Assembly: GCA_002633005.1 (NCBI GenBank)
Contig: NMRA01000089.1
Location: 496,001 to 560,000, forward strand
Direction: 5' to 3'
Length of the DNA: 64,000 nucleotides
DNA from: Phoronis australis
Lineage: Eukaryota; Animalia; Phoronida
The notes under the pieces were generated by a model, which saw only the letters and a list, made by a program, of their open reading frames with translations, made no database searches and had not been told where the DNA came from. Positions 51,230 to 64,000 of the stretch are shown piece by piece. Position 1 is the stretch's first letter; each line of letters opens with the position of its first letter. The position numbers and the translations under genes are program-made.

Positions 51230-53917
51230 TTAAAAAGGCGCAATCGGTTTTAAGGCTAAAAGTGGAGGTTAATTTTGGATAGGATTCACTTCTTGGGAGT
51301 TGTTCTAAGCATTGACTAGAGCTATAAAACCGTCGCTTTTGAGATTCTGTTATAAATTGCCAATTCCTAATAAAAGCTTCCGGTCAAAGTTAATTGAAAT
51401 GGAGGACGTGGCGACCTGACGTCAGCTGTTTTGTTGCTAGTGGCTCCATGAATGAGGAGGATGCGGACACTGTATATTTGCCTAACAAAGCTGGTGTCAA
51501 AATAGGGATGTGAATTTAGGTCTTCTGCATGTATGTGAGAATAAAAGGCAAAGAGATGAAGCACACTGTAGGAGTCACCTTTCCAGAATGAGCATTTTTG
51601 AACGATATTGATATCAAGTACTGGATTGCTGCTGAACATTTCCACAAATATCAAGTTTTGGCAGTTAGCCGGGTGGATTTGCATTCCTCTGCTATCTTCC
51701 AGAAATAGCTCGACATTCGACATTCATGTATATTCTTTTGATTGATGCATAAACCTATGATTGTTTTTGAAGAGTGCATCTTAGTCTTTGAATAATTGCT
51801 GTGGCTAAAATTTTCAAATAGTCTTGGCCAGTCTGTTGTGCAACTCACTTTAGTATCTGACCAAATCTGTTTTAGAAAACGAACCAGATAATTGCTTGGT
51901 TAAAACTGCTAACCAGTCAGTACTGTGCTGTTGAAGTCATCATGGCTGGACATGCAAAGTGAGCTTGTGAGTACATCAGGCTGTACCTGAAGGACCAGTG
52001 GTCCATTAAGTGAGTTATTGGCCTCATATATTTTTAGGAAATTAAAAGCAAAAGAAAAGACTGACAAAAAATCCAAGCCATTGATGATAGCACTCCAAAC
52101 AACTGTCGAATGTTGTCGGAGATGAATTTGTGCAAGTGCATGGTTCAACTTTGTACATTTTATTCATATTCCAATGTCGTCGATTATGTCACTTGAACAT
52201 TAATCAGATAACATTTAAATGTTGTGACATGATTGCTAAATCTTCTATTATGAAGATTGTTAATGGGCGTAACTTGATACTTTATGAACCACAGTGCCAG
52301 AATGTAGCTTGCCCGAAAGAAATATTTTGCTGCAAAAACATACAGAATTGATCAATACATTTGTGTGGCATGCCCACATATGCATCTGCATGTACTTGTA
52401 TGCTTAGTGCGATTTAATAAACGCATTCACTCTTTCATGTTTAAGGTCAAAAGCACATTTCTAGTGGGGGCGGGGTTCAAGCAAGTGTTCAACTTCTGAA
52501 CTCTGTTGTAGCTTACATATCACAACTGAAACAGATTCTGTACAAGTTATTTAACATCTCATGCAAGAGCGCCAACAACATATTTTCGTAAGAGTGCCGG
52601 TTGAAAAGATTGGAAAGATCATGCATTAACATGTCACGGGTTTCTTGTAGAAAATAATGCTCATATCTTTGTAATGATGTTCTTGTGTTTTTTGTAAAAA
52701 ATCTTGATTTTTCATGGAGACCGCATTTCTGCGTGAAACTTGCAAATTCTGTTTCGCTATTACATTAGTTACAAAGTTGTGGGTGGTATGTTTAGAACCG
52801 AAAACTCGTCAAAGATGAAGACATCAACATTGGAAAAAACATTGCCAAGCTCTTGGACTAAAAGGACTTAAAGGAAAATTCCAGTCATGGTTTTATAAAT
52901 AGAATAAAGAAACAGAATTTGGAAGTTTCATGTGATTTTAGAGAAAAAAGCTATCGTGTGATTATGAACTTGTGAGCACTGCTTCCATGCATATGGTACG
53001 ATTCTGTGGTCATCACGAAATTCAAAAATATAGTTTTATCGGCGTACTATTGATGTTTAAAAAATTCTGAAATTCAATCCTGCCAATGAAGGTAGCCTTA
53101 ATGATTGAATTAATGTATTTTTAGTAATATAACTTTGAATTATGAGCTTTTTGTATGAAAAACTCGATGATCCAGACTAATTTACCGAGTTGACCAAGTA
53201 ATCAATAAGACAAGGTCTACAAGCATCCGACAACCGATGCAGCCGTGAGAGGAAAAAATGACAATAAAAATCTTGCAAAACATATCATGTTACGCAATTC
53301 AGTACAAGTGATATCTACAAGAACCTAACAACAGTTTGTATTATCAGTTTTTATCATGTATCTCGTGATAATGGCTTGTGGGTTCAGATTTCACATGTTT
53401 GGTCTAAATTCTTTGTTTTTGTCGGTGGATTTTGTGCTGTAATCTTTTACGTCAATATAGAGTGGATTCAGAACTAAATGTTTTCTAGATTCCTTGTAGG
53501 TTGCGTAATCCTGGTTTTTATTATTTTGAAGTTGAAAACGCCAATAGGGCTGTACAATGCGATAGACGTAATCTTTTCCAAAATTGATTTACTGCTTGCG
53601 GACGTAAACCAGAGACAAAAATCCTCAGGAGACTAAAACAAATGGGAAATCTTAGTATATTTATCGATTCATCATGTGTATTTCCCCGAGTGGTTTCTCA
53701 GAACGAATGTCGATTGCAGTTTTTTTTTCAAAAATCTTCAGCCTGCAAATTCAATCACCAAAGGTTTTTGAGCTTCACTGAACTTTCAACTACGCGTAAT
53801 TGATGATTTGTTTTATCTGATATTTTTTATTTTTCTTAGGCTTGGATTTTGCTATGATCCTAAATTTAATTACAGTTTGTTATACAATTATTGACTTTCA
53901 TCTGAAAGTCATTATGT

Positions 53918-53982
53918 TAGTTCTCAGACCCCAGAAATAGATAATGGTTGAGGCGATGCTGAGGTCAGGGGTCTGAAAACCA
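53918..53982. mobile_element. Miniature hairpin element
   Basis: tagttctcagacccc ... ggggtctgaaaacca inverted ends. Confidence 0.45.
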
Positions 53983-54408
53983 AGATATTGACCCTAAGTG
54001 TGAAGGTCAAATCAATAATTGTTTCATTATATGATTTTAGCCGCTGAGTAAGTCATGCAAGAGGCTTACAATCATATGTTGGTCACTAGTTTGGTCAGTC
54101 ATCATTTACTCAAAATGTTTTGGAAATATTTCAAAAAGTCTCCCAAGAGGTGTTCAGAATAGACAGAGGCAAAATCAATTCTATTTTGGGAAAGATCATG
54201 TTTTGGAGTAACACAACGGTCATTCTTAATGCAACACTATAATTGTAACAGGACAGGTGGTAGGGAAGCAACTGAGGCACCTCGGGTGTTCACAGGTATC
54301 AAATGTTTATTGCAGCCTGAGGGAAAACCCCTACAACGCTAATAAAAAGAAGTATCACAAAGGTGTTGCTCAATTTGATCACAACTTTTGCTCTCTATTA
54401 GCTTTATN

Positions 54409-54500
54409 CTTAACTGAGCAGTGGGCGGTTAAATCAAAAATCCACCTAAAGTAGGGGTGGGCGGTTAACTGAGCATGGGCGTTAACCCGAACGATTACGG
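54409..54500 (-). mobile_element. Terminus of pogo-type TACCGTA family, truncated at N 54408
   Basis: Near-perfect reverse complement of 62570-62660; ends tacgg|ta. Confidence 0.75.
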
Positions 54501-55008
54501 TATGTATAACTATAAATGACAACTGTAAAATTTGAAAAAATGAGTCACAAAATTAGTTACATAAGTCAGTCAGTGCCCCAAAACATGGCAGATCATACAA
54601 TGTGCATAGAAACCACAATGACTTTCAGTTTAATTTATTATGTTCACCACCTTGTATAAATATTACAGAATTTCATTTAACTGCAGTGCACTATGAGAAG
54701 TGGCAATGCACCGTGCAATATGATACACAAAAGCACCAATCAAAATGCAGCCCTCTAATGACTCCAGAACAGTCATTTTCTGCCAAGAAAATTTGATTTT
54801 TGATTTTTGACTCTTTATCAATCTGCCATTAATAGAGTCACGTGACCATGCCTTTTTGGTAGAATGTGTCAAAAAACCCCATTAGTAGCAAAATTTAACA
54901 ACTAAATTTCATTTGATATTAATGTTTCAGATGTCAGAAATGCTGTTACAGTTTTCTATATTATTGTTTTGTTTTTGTTTTATGCAACTTTGTTTTTTCT
55001 TTCCTTAA

Positions 55009-57527
55009 AGTGGCATTCTTAATACCCCTTCATGTAAAAGTACATCAGAATGATTCCTTACAGGCTTTTGGAGAACAATGCATAAAGGGTACTAGTCTAA
55101 AAGTTTTTGATCAGTCAGGTATTTCTGAGATGTGATGTTCATAAGTTAGCAAATATTGGGCATATTTCTAGGGTCCTCAAACTTAAAATGCTGACCCTGG
55201 CCACTGTAACTGAATAAGTTAGTTACATATTCTAAGCCTGAAAACAAATATATCAACATTCTCTATAATCATAATCTTGAACAAGCAATTGCCCTCATGA
55301 GGTTGTATATCTCTCCTATTACAAATGAGTTGGCTAAGTACTGTAATGATTTGAAACAAAAACAATTCCATGTGGTATTGTAGTAAAAGGTTGTTCTTGT
55401 GAGTGATAGGATGATATTAAAAGAGATGGATGGGGGGGGAACTCCTAAGAGAGAGGGGATATGGGGAGCGACAGAGGAGCATGGGTGAGAGACGGAGCAT
55501 GGGGATGGGGTGAGCAGTGCAGGCTAGGTCACAGAAGGGGTACTAAGGGTTTTAAGTGGGATGGGTTTAACAGAAGGGAAAATGAGGGGGGGGAGTGTGG
55601 TGAGTCGTGCTGCTCGACATGTTAAGGGAGAATGATGTATGCATAATGATTAAACCACTATGAAAAAATGCTCGGGATTATGTAATACTGTTAAGATTCA
55701 TCACAAACACTATGTTGTTGAGATTCAATTTTTATGCTCACTCTTCTAGAATTGATATGTAAATACACAGTTGGTATTGTTCAGTGTCTTCACTCAGGAA
55801 GTCAGTTTTGAAGTAAACATCGTTGGCCTTATTTGCTCAAGGGAATGTCACTGGTTATTAAAGATATTACCCGGTAGTCAAATTATAGCGATAAATTGCA
55901 TTCATGTCCCTGTCTACCCTAACTAATTAGTTGAGTGAAGATGGCACTAAGTCAGTTAGAAACTGGTGCTGGATGGAATGCACTGAAGTCTTTTGGGCAG
56001 ATAATGAGATTTAGGAAGCGGAACAAGAAAGAAGCAATCAGTATTAACTTAATTTAAAATGATGCAAAATGTCGACAGAGCAGTTTACCTTCCAAGGGAT
56101 ATTTTTCAGGAAAATGTGAATCAAAACATGCATGAACTCGGGTTAAATTGAGCAAATGTTTAAGGCATCTTATCAAACTAGTTTATGGAAGCAAAGTTTA
56201 AGATTGCTGTAGTTGCAATGCAGCACTGAGTAATAAAAATTAATAAAGCTTTAAGTTAGATGAATAGCATTACGGACGATTCTGTCTCAATATTTCCGAA
56301 ACTTTTGACTTGCATACCCTCCATCTGCAAAATGACTGCAACTTGTTATTTAAAAAGCTGAAAATGTGTAATCTTGTCGGAATCAAAATAGTGTCACATT
56401 CTATGTAGTACAACTATGATCGTTGTGAGAAATATAGTATAATGTGTCACTCAACCGCTTTAATGCTCAGTGCTTTTGGGCTTGAAAACCCAGGTCTTGA
56501 AAGCTCCAATAGTCTGTTCCCCATGATGCAACTCCAATGCTAACATTTGAGTTTTTGTTACCTCAATGCCGATGCCAGACTGAGATTAACCTCTCCTAAT
56601 TGATTCGCAAATTAATGCTCGTGGCTTAGCTGCGATGCTGAAGAAAACGTATTTGCCAATTTCTCTTATAATGCATTGATTTTAAAAATTCAAAGATGGC
56701 TGCTATTTACTTTTCAATTTTTAAAACAGTCCTGTTGTTCGGTTGCTTTACTTATTGGCATTTATGAACGTAATTATCGTACAACACGCTTAGCCAAGCC
56801 CATGAATAGCTACTGGCTAACTTCAATCCGTGATGGCGCCATCAAGCCTGTAATATTCTGAGGAATTCGCTGGATACTCTGGGGTAAACAGTGCACACAT
56901 TCTCATCCACTTGCGTGCAAATCCTGTTAGCGTAAGATTTACCGAACGCATGAACAGTATACTGGGCCAAAGACTTCAAAAACCCTACCCTAAGTCTTTT
57001 AAAACTCAGATTCCAAAGTCAATTTGTCAATGCTGGACTAGTGCAAGGGCAGCTGGGTGCTTGAAAAATGAGGAAAATATATCAAACTAGTATTTTTAAC
57101 CCTAGATAGTACGGTATTACCATCATTTCGGCTGGCCTGGCAAAGTTGTTGGTCATCCCGTAGGACTGCTGTACACTAGAACTTTTCACCCCAAAGTCAC
57201 CATATGCATTGCGATTACTACGAACTGAAAGACAGTGCATTCAGACAGCCAAAACTCTAGGTGATAGAAATTGAGTGAAAAATGTTTTGTCGATGATCCA
57301 GATTTTTTACAAATCCATAGTGTGTGAAGGATACCTTTATTTCCTCCTACATTTTAACTTCCCAGGTGCAAGCAGTGATGGTTTAACAAAAGTCACTAGT
57401 GAACAAAAAGCGTGTCAAGCAAATGCCATTGTTGACAACATGCAGCATGAACAAAACACCTATCCAACCCAGCAGGCGTAATTTTTTATTGAAATTTAGA
57501 GAGGTAAACAAACTCTGGAATGCCACC
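55009..57527. mobile_element. Possible TTAA-flanked Kolobok-type element with nested repeats
   Basis: ttaa|AGTGGCATTCT ... GGAATGCCACC|ttaa; only ~11 bp of TIR support. Confidence 0.35.
56595..56940 (+). repeat. Interspersed repeat, copy of 34450-34830
   Basis: See 34450-34830. Confidence 0.8.
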
Positions 57528-57711
57528 TTAAGGGTGATAAGTGTGACACCTTAAATGAAATAAACATGAGCTGCGGTTTCGTATACGTCATCATTACCCC
57601 TTAGATTTTGAAAAATTTTTGCATTTTCCAGTGGGAATCTATGATGAAATGTCAATGGCAAAATATGTGACGGAGAACTGCAGAGTGGGAAACTTCAAGT
57701 CTACCATTTTT

Positions 57712-58196
57712 ATGCACTCGCATAAAAAGACGGATTTGTGGGTGCATGTCTGTCCATTTGGCGTCTGCTGTCTGATATCTGCTTTTCCCACTCAAAGGAT
57801 CATTATGAAACAGATTGCGGATTGTTTCCTGTTGGGAAGACCATATTAACTAATTTTGATTTCTGGACTGGTCTCCTGACAACTGTGGTGACCCCTTATG
57901 GTGATTTTGTCTTTTTTGTCTTTTTATCTGCCTTTGTTGGATCTTGGTGAAATTTTGCAAACGTTCAGCGTTTAGCCTCCTTTGGCAGTTGTTTTTTTGT
58001 GTTTGCCGCTGTACCTTTGGAGTTCTTTGATGGATTTTCAAGAAATTTGTCAACTTAAAGTTTCATTTTTGGATGGGTTCAACATATTCTGTGCTTTATA
58101 ATGGCCATTTTTATGATACTAATGAACACTCCTAGAAGCATGGCATTTTCAGTACAGTTGGTGCATTCTGCACTCTGCTGGTGTTGCTCTTGTTTC
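57712..58196 (+). mobile_element. HINE/DINE-1-like element, highly diverged copy
   Basis: tttttatgcactcgca...tgtgggtgcat 5' hairpin, gtctgtcc, degenerate internal units, 3' gtgcatt...gttgctcttgttt. Confidence 0.55.
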
Positions 58197-58745
58197 ATAA
58201 TTTTTAAACTTAAAAGTATTTAAAAAAAATTCATCTCTACAAGACTAAGTGAGTGCCGCGAAATCTGGAGTTTGCAGGTACGTAATTTGTAAGATTTAAT
58301 ATGTGCGGTTGTGCGAAATGGTCTTTGTTTTAGGTTTGTGGTGACCAGTGTCTTGGCTCATAAAGTATTCTTCAGTAATACATCAAAAATGCATTATGAA
58401 AACATGACTGCAACCATCAATCCAGTTACCTCAGCTTTAACTATAAATATTACTCCCAGGTTGTCCCAAAGGTATTGGTCTGTATTTGTTTCATTGTACA
58501 GCCAGTAAATCTTCTTTCCTCTTATTTCTTTGCCTGTTTTTCCTGCCTAACTGCGCTGCCATCATCTGCTTGCATGTACATATTTTTCACGGGTTTATGA
58601 AAAGAATGTTGCCTCAGGGACAGGCAGTGATTACCTCTGACTCCTCCCCCCTGTTCCTTAATACCCAAACAAAAGAAGCTGGTCATAAGAAGTGGGGCTG
58701 TGGTAACATGACTATTCTAATACCAACCAGTAAGAATGGTTCATA

Positions 58746-59770
58746 GTTAGTTGGCATTACTTTGTAGCACATAATGAAGTCAAGTTGTTAGTTGGCAGCA
58801 CTTTGTAACACATAATGAAGTCAAGTTGTTAGTTGGCAGCACTTTGTAGCACACAATGAAGCCAAGTTGTTAGTTGGCAGCACTTTGTAACACACAATGA
58901 AGTCAAGTTGTTAGTTGGCAGCACTTTGTAACACACAATGAAGTCAAGTTGTTAGTTGGCAGCACTTTGTAACACACAATGAAGTCAAGTTGTTAGTTGG
59001 CAGCACTTTGTAACACACAATGAAGTCAAGTTGTTAGTTGGCAGCACTTTGTAGCACACAATGAAGTCAAGTTGTTAGTTGGCAGCACTTTGTAACACAC
59101 AATGAAGTCAAGTTGTTAGTTGGCAGCACTTTGTAACACACAATGAAGTCAAGTTGTTAGTTGGCAGCACTTTGTAACACACAATGAAGTCAAGTTGTTA
59201 GTTGGCAGCACTTTGTAACACACAATGAAGTCAAGTTGTTAGTTGGCAGCACTTTGTAACACACAATGAAGTCAAGTTGTTAGTTGGCAGCACTTTGTAA
59301 CACACAATGAAGTCAAGTTGTTAGTTGGCAGCACTTTGTAACACACAATGAAGTCAAGTTGTTAGTTGGCAGCACTTTGTAACACACAATGAAGTCAAGT
59401 TGTTAGTTGGCAGCACTTTGTAACACACAATGAAGTCAAGTTGTTAGTTGGCAGCACTTTGTAACACACAATGAAGTCAAGTTGTTAGTTGGCAGCACTT
59501 TGTAACACACAATGAAGTCAAGTTGTTAGTTGGCAGCACTTTGTAACACACAATGAAGTCAAGTTGTTGGCAGCACTTTGTAGCACATATTGTAGCCAAG
59601 TTGTTAGTTGGGAGCACTTTGTAGCACACAATGAAGTCAAGTTGTTAGTTGGGAGCACTTTGTAACACATAATGAAGTCAAGTTGTTAGTTGGCAGCACT
59701 TTGTAGCACACAATGAAGTCAAGTTGTTAGTTGGCAGCACTTTGTAGCACATGATTTAGCCAAGTTGTTA
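58746..59770. repeat. 41-bp minisatellite, ~25 copies
   Basis: Unit gttagttggcagcactttgtaacacacaatgaagtcaagtt, head-to-tail with no spacers. Confidence 0.98.
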
Positions 59771-61478
59771 AGCATAATTGTCAGAGTTCTTTCCAAGCCT
59801 AAAATCATCTCTAATTTCAGTAAGGAACATTCTAAGGACTTCTATCATCAGTAAGTAGTCTAAATCACTTACTATACTTTTTTGCTGACAGTGGGTGTAT
59901 AGCAAATATAAAAGCAAATAAACACGTCCTGTCTCATGAGTTCCCTAATAAGAAGTAAAATGGCAGCTACAATACAAATAACTTTAGCGTCCGAATGTGA
60001 TGAAGTTGTCAATTAGTAACTCTTCATTAGTTACTGGCAGTTCAATTTCAAAAACAGATGTATGACAATTGACACAGTTCCTAATCCGTTTTTTCAGCGC
60101 TAAGGTTCAAGGCTTGGAGCTCATTAGAGGCTACACGTTGTTTCCCAACTGGCAATTGTGAATACTTCTTGCCAGGGACAATAGGCATCCACCGCGGCGC
60201 CTTTAAAGAAACTCATGCACTGCAACTTTTGCTTTTAGTATTTATGGAGCAACCCTATTATAGTCTTCTCTCTTTAGACTTATGTTAGCCATAAATGTGA
60301 ATAGAAGGCAGCGCTTTGGGTTGTCTCTATTTTACAGACAGACTTTGAAACCACGAAGCACTGAAGTGCTTTTAACTAAAAAATTGATTCTAGGTTTATT
60401 ACATGTAAAACCTTTTAGCATCTTGGTTTTGCGTGACGTTTTAAAAAGAAGTGAAATTATGCATGCTTCAAAAATGTAAAACGCTTGCTTGAAGTTTCAA
60501 ATTTTAGAAGGAAGTGAAAACGTGTACCGTATGTTAGGTGTTCTAAGCCTGCTTATCAACTTGTTCCTACATAAAATCAATGATGCAATCTTGCGCTGTT
60601 AAGAGGGTACTTGGGTTCTCAAGAGAAAAACTAAGGTTAAGTCAAATCCATTGTTTCATCGCAATCAACAAATGAATCAATAGAGAAAACGGCGCATCAT
60701 TACCGCATGCCGTTTATACATGAATACTAACTGGAAATACGTGGCCACAGGATGTTTCGGTTTATGTGGGATTATCCGATCAGTTAGATTTTGTTCTCAG
60801 ATCATTGCCTCTCTTTAGCTGATCAGCGATTGAGGCTGATAATGAAATGGGATTGTGAGGATCAAGACAAATGAATCCTATCAGCGTATTCAAGATGCGC
60901 GAGCTCTTTGTATTTATAATCTGTCTAAGTGTATGCCACTGGGATAAACGTGCTGAAAGTAAAATACTACTCCAGCAATAATGACTACCAAATACCATAG
61001 CTTAGCCAGGCCTCTCCGAAGTAATTACCATAAAATCTGAGTCACAAATATTGCAAACAAGTAAATTTTAATTTTTCCTTAAACCATTACACCAAGAAAA
61101 TGCTTAATAATTATTAGATTATATACGCCCTGACGTTTTCAGAAATTGTGAGCATTCACAATAATGTTAAACGTCTTTTGAAAATGAAAAAAATCAGTTC
61201 TGATAATTAGTTTTGGCCAAAATTGCAAGATTTTCCCACAAGGTATAGAGGCACCATCACAAAGTCGATATTAATTTTTAAAAACCCATGCCTAACAGCC
61301 TTTTGACTCCTAAATGTTTTCACAAAAAATAAAATTATAGCGATTGCTAAGACAAATAGTGTATTGTATGAATGGAGTGAATCAAGTTCGCACTTTGCCT
61401 AGTGCAGGTCATTGGGCTTTGGTCATATAACATATGCTGTCATTAAGGAAATGTATTGGCTGATGAATGGGTCGCTCT

Positions 61479-62189
61479 GGGATTTACGGTATCGTAAATA
61501 TCAAGTCGAGTTGATGTTTTTTATGTACACAAACTGTGTTAATGACAGTTTTCCATATGCGAAAATCCTGTATACGTTCGTGTAAAAAATTATCTTGTTC
61601 TTTTTCCGTGCCCAAATGGTTTAAGGTTTTATTGATGTTTTAATTCTCATCATGTCAGCTTTTCTGAACACATCTTGGTTAAGTCTTGTTATTTTTAGCT
61701 GTAACACTATTCTGGACTATTTGCACAGCAGTCTCTCCCAGTATGTTTTGAACTTCAACATTGTCTGTGGAAGGCAAGGGTCTCTAAGGTGTCAGGATGA
61801 GAGGCCAACAAGCTATCTTGACGGAAGAAAATTGTGTTCCTTAGGACTGATGCAATAATCAGTCAACAGATTTCAGTGTTGCAAATACACTAGTGGTTGG
61901 TTAATGATGATCATAACAGTGTGGTCAAGCCTGCATGGTACTATTGCTAAAATGCCACCCTTACAGTCTGTTCCATGTTTTTGAAACCCGCCTGAATTTC
62001 CTTAAGGGACCAACTCTATTTTGATTGACCGAATTTATTGCCACTCGGGCATCATATCTTTCCCTCAAATAAATGTTAATAACTCTTAGGAGTTTTATGT
62101 ACCTGATTCACAGTATTTGGGTATATGTGAGATAGCTGATAGTCTTAACATTTTCAACTATGTATGTATATTACAATTATTCCTAAATT
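61479..62189 (+). repeat. Segment duplicated at 63291-64000
   Basis: Collinear and highly similar, with scattered substitutions and small indels. Confidence 0.95.
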
Positions 62190-62232
62190 CATTGTGTTAC
62201 AGTAGTAATAGGTACATTCAATTTTCTTTTAG

Positions 62233-62341
62233 CCAAGAGACAGCACAGAAAATTGACAAAGATCTCTTCTCTGAGTATGGTTTCAGCGTAGACCAACTGA
62301 TGGAGCTAGCTGGCCTAAGCTGCGCTGTGGCTATTTCAAGG
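62233..62341 (+). CDS. NAXE: NAD(P)HX epimerase (YjeF_N domain) internal exon, 109 nt
   Basis: [36 protein letters not shown] carries the NAXE hallmark '[15 protein letters not shown]'. Acceptor ttttcttttag at 62232, donor AGG|gtaaga at 62342. Confidence 0.95.
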
Positions 62342-62569
62342 GTAAGAGTAAAACCAGGGGTTAGATTCCATGGACTCGAAACAATAGCTATTTGCACTTG
62401 TGGTGACAAATCTTTGCTTATGGAATGGAAACAGTGAATTCTATCAAATACGTTTTATCTCACAAGTTTCATTTTCAAGGGCTTCTAATGACATGAGTGT
62501 CACAAATTTTCAAAATGTTATTTGATAGCAGGAGTGGTACTAAACTTTCTAAGTGTCATTTTGTTGTTA

Positions 62570-63289
62570 CCGTAAATGTTCGGGTTAACGCCCATGCTCA
62601 GTTAACCTCCCACCCCTACTTTAGGTGGATTTTCGATTTAACCGCCCACTGCTCAGTTAAGCGGCCCCCTGCGATTTTTGAAGATTTCCAGTTAAGCGCC
62701 CACCTCTCGGTTAAGCGCCCATCCCCGACTTTTAAAGAATGAAGATTTAGCGCCCAGTGCTAAGGAAACGCGCGATTCCCCGACTTTTAGAAAAAGATCG
62801 ATGATCACAATGAGCGCATCGACGCCGGGCCTCCGAGACGGTGGTTTAGCAATGTGAATTACAATTATGCAAGTAACGAGTTATTGTCTTGGGTCATGAA
62901 CTCATTTCAAAATATTATACTTGAATGTTTTTGTCACTTTATTTTCTTCCCATGTTTGCAAAGTTTAAGAACGCTGCCGGTGTCAAAACCTCCGCTTTCA
63001 GTGACTTTGTCTGCCGCGCTGAGTTTTCGTCTGCAGTGCACTTGATAAAACATATATTCGAAAAAATCAGGCCAGAGAAATGAGACAATGGAAGTATATA
63101 GTCACACCCGTTTCTGTTACTTAGGACTGTCGCTATTCTCTTTTGATGTGTGACTTGTAGTGGTGCACGCGCGCAAGTTCCCACACTTCGGAGTGCATGT
63201 TACCTTGACACCAACATGTGATTGACAGGTGACTCGCACGTAGGCCCTATGCGCGTGCTGAATCCCGCCGCTATCTTTGGCCATAAAAA
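62570..63289 (+). mobile_element. Left portion of pogo-type TACCGTA element, truncated at N 63290
   Basis: ta|ccgtaaatgttcgggttaacgcccatgctcagttaac... with repeated ttaa(g/c)cgccc motifs. Confidence 0.7.
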
Positions 63290-63290
63290 N

Positions 63291-64000
63291 GGGATTTACG
63301 GTATCGTAAATATCAAGTCGAGTTGATGTTTTTTATGTACACAAACTGTGTTAATGACAGTTTTCCATATGCGAGAATCCTGTATACGTTCGTGTAAAAA
63401 ATTATCTTGTTCTTTTTCCGTGCCCAAATGGTTTAAGGTTTTATTGATGTTTTAATGCTCATCATGTCAGCTTTTCTGAACACATCTTGGTTAAGTCTTG
63501 TTATTTTTAGCTGTAACACTATTCTGGACTATTTGCACGGCAGTCTCTCCCAGTATGTTTTGAACTTCAACATTGTCTGTGGAAGGCAAGGTTCTCTAAA
63601 CTGTCAGGATGAGAGGCCAACAAGCTATCTTGACGGAAGAAAATTGTGTTCCTTAGGACTGATGCAATAATCAGTCAACAGATTTCATTGTTGGAAATAC
63701 ACTAGTGGTTGGTTAATGATGATCATAACAGTGTGGTCAAGCCTGCATGGTACTATTGCTAAAATGCACCCTTACAGTCTCTTCCATGTTTTTGAAACCT
63801 GTCAGAATTTCCTAAAGGGACCAACTCTATTTTGATTGACCGAATTTATTGCCACTCGGGCATCATATCTTTCCCTCAAATAAATGTTAATAACGCTTTG
63901 GAGTTTTATGTATCTGATTCAGAGTATTTGGGTATATGTGAGATAGCTAATAGTTTTAACATTTTCAACTATGTATATATATTACAATTATTCCTAAATT
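63291..64000 (+). repeat. Second copy of 61479-62189, starting at an N join
   Basis: Begins gggatttacggtatcg immediately after N 63290 and runs to the window end. Confidence 0.95.

Noticed and set aside
47520-52150. Possible decayed coding stretches (47.5-48.2 kb, 51.4-52.1 kb; also 40.2-41.0 kb and 33.8-34.2 kb)
   Set aside because: No diagnostic motif recognizable by eye; would need BLASTX.
58746-59770. CRISPR array
   Set aside because: Units are contiguous with no unique spacers, there are no cas genes, and the context is eukaryotic.
62117-62437. 106-aa ORF as a complete protein
   Set aside because: Only 62233-62341 is NAXE-like; the flanks are intronic read-through.

Overview
AT-rich animal (probably marine invertebrate) genomic DNA from a draft assembly. 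It has one 791-nt gap and four single-N joins. Two protein-coding loci are supported. The first is an intronless 412-aa ORF of unknown function on the minus strand (3511-4749). The second is NAXE/APOA1BP (NAD(P)HX epimerase) on the plus strand, seen as two exons (24231-24345 and 62233-62341) separated by a ~37.9-kb intron. Most of the rest is transposon debris: Helentron-associated (DINE-1/HINE-like) elements, TTAA-flanked Kolobok-type elements (one with a THAP remnant), Harbinger/Academ/hAT/pogo-type MITEs, a 5'-truncated Ingi-like LINE with RNase H and a 14-bp TSD, a Penelope-type hammerhead-like remnant, microsatellites and a 41-bp minisatellite. The most striking unexplained structure is in the HINE-like family. 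Its ~150-bp internal tandem units each carry a co-oriented CTCF-like motif (TGCSMCCTAGTGGC), up to 11 per element. All family assignments were made by eye from motifs and termini; no database search was run.
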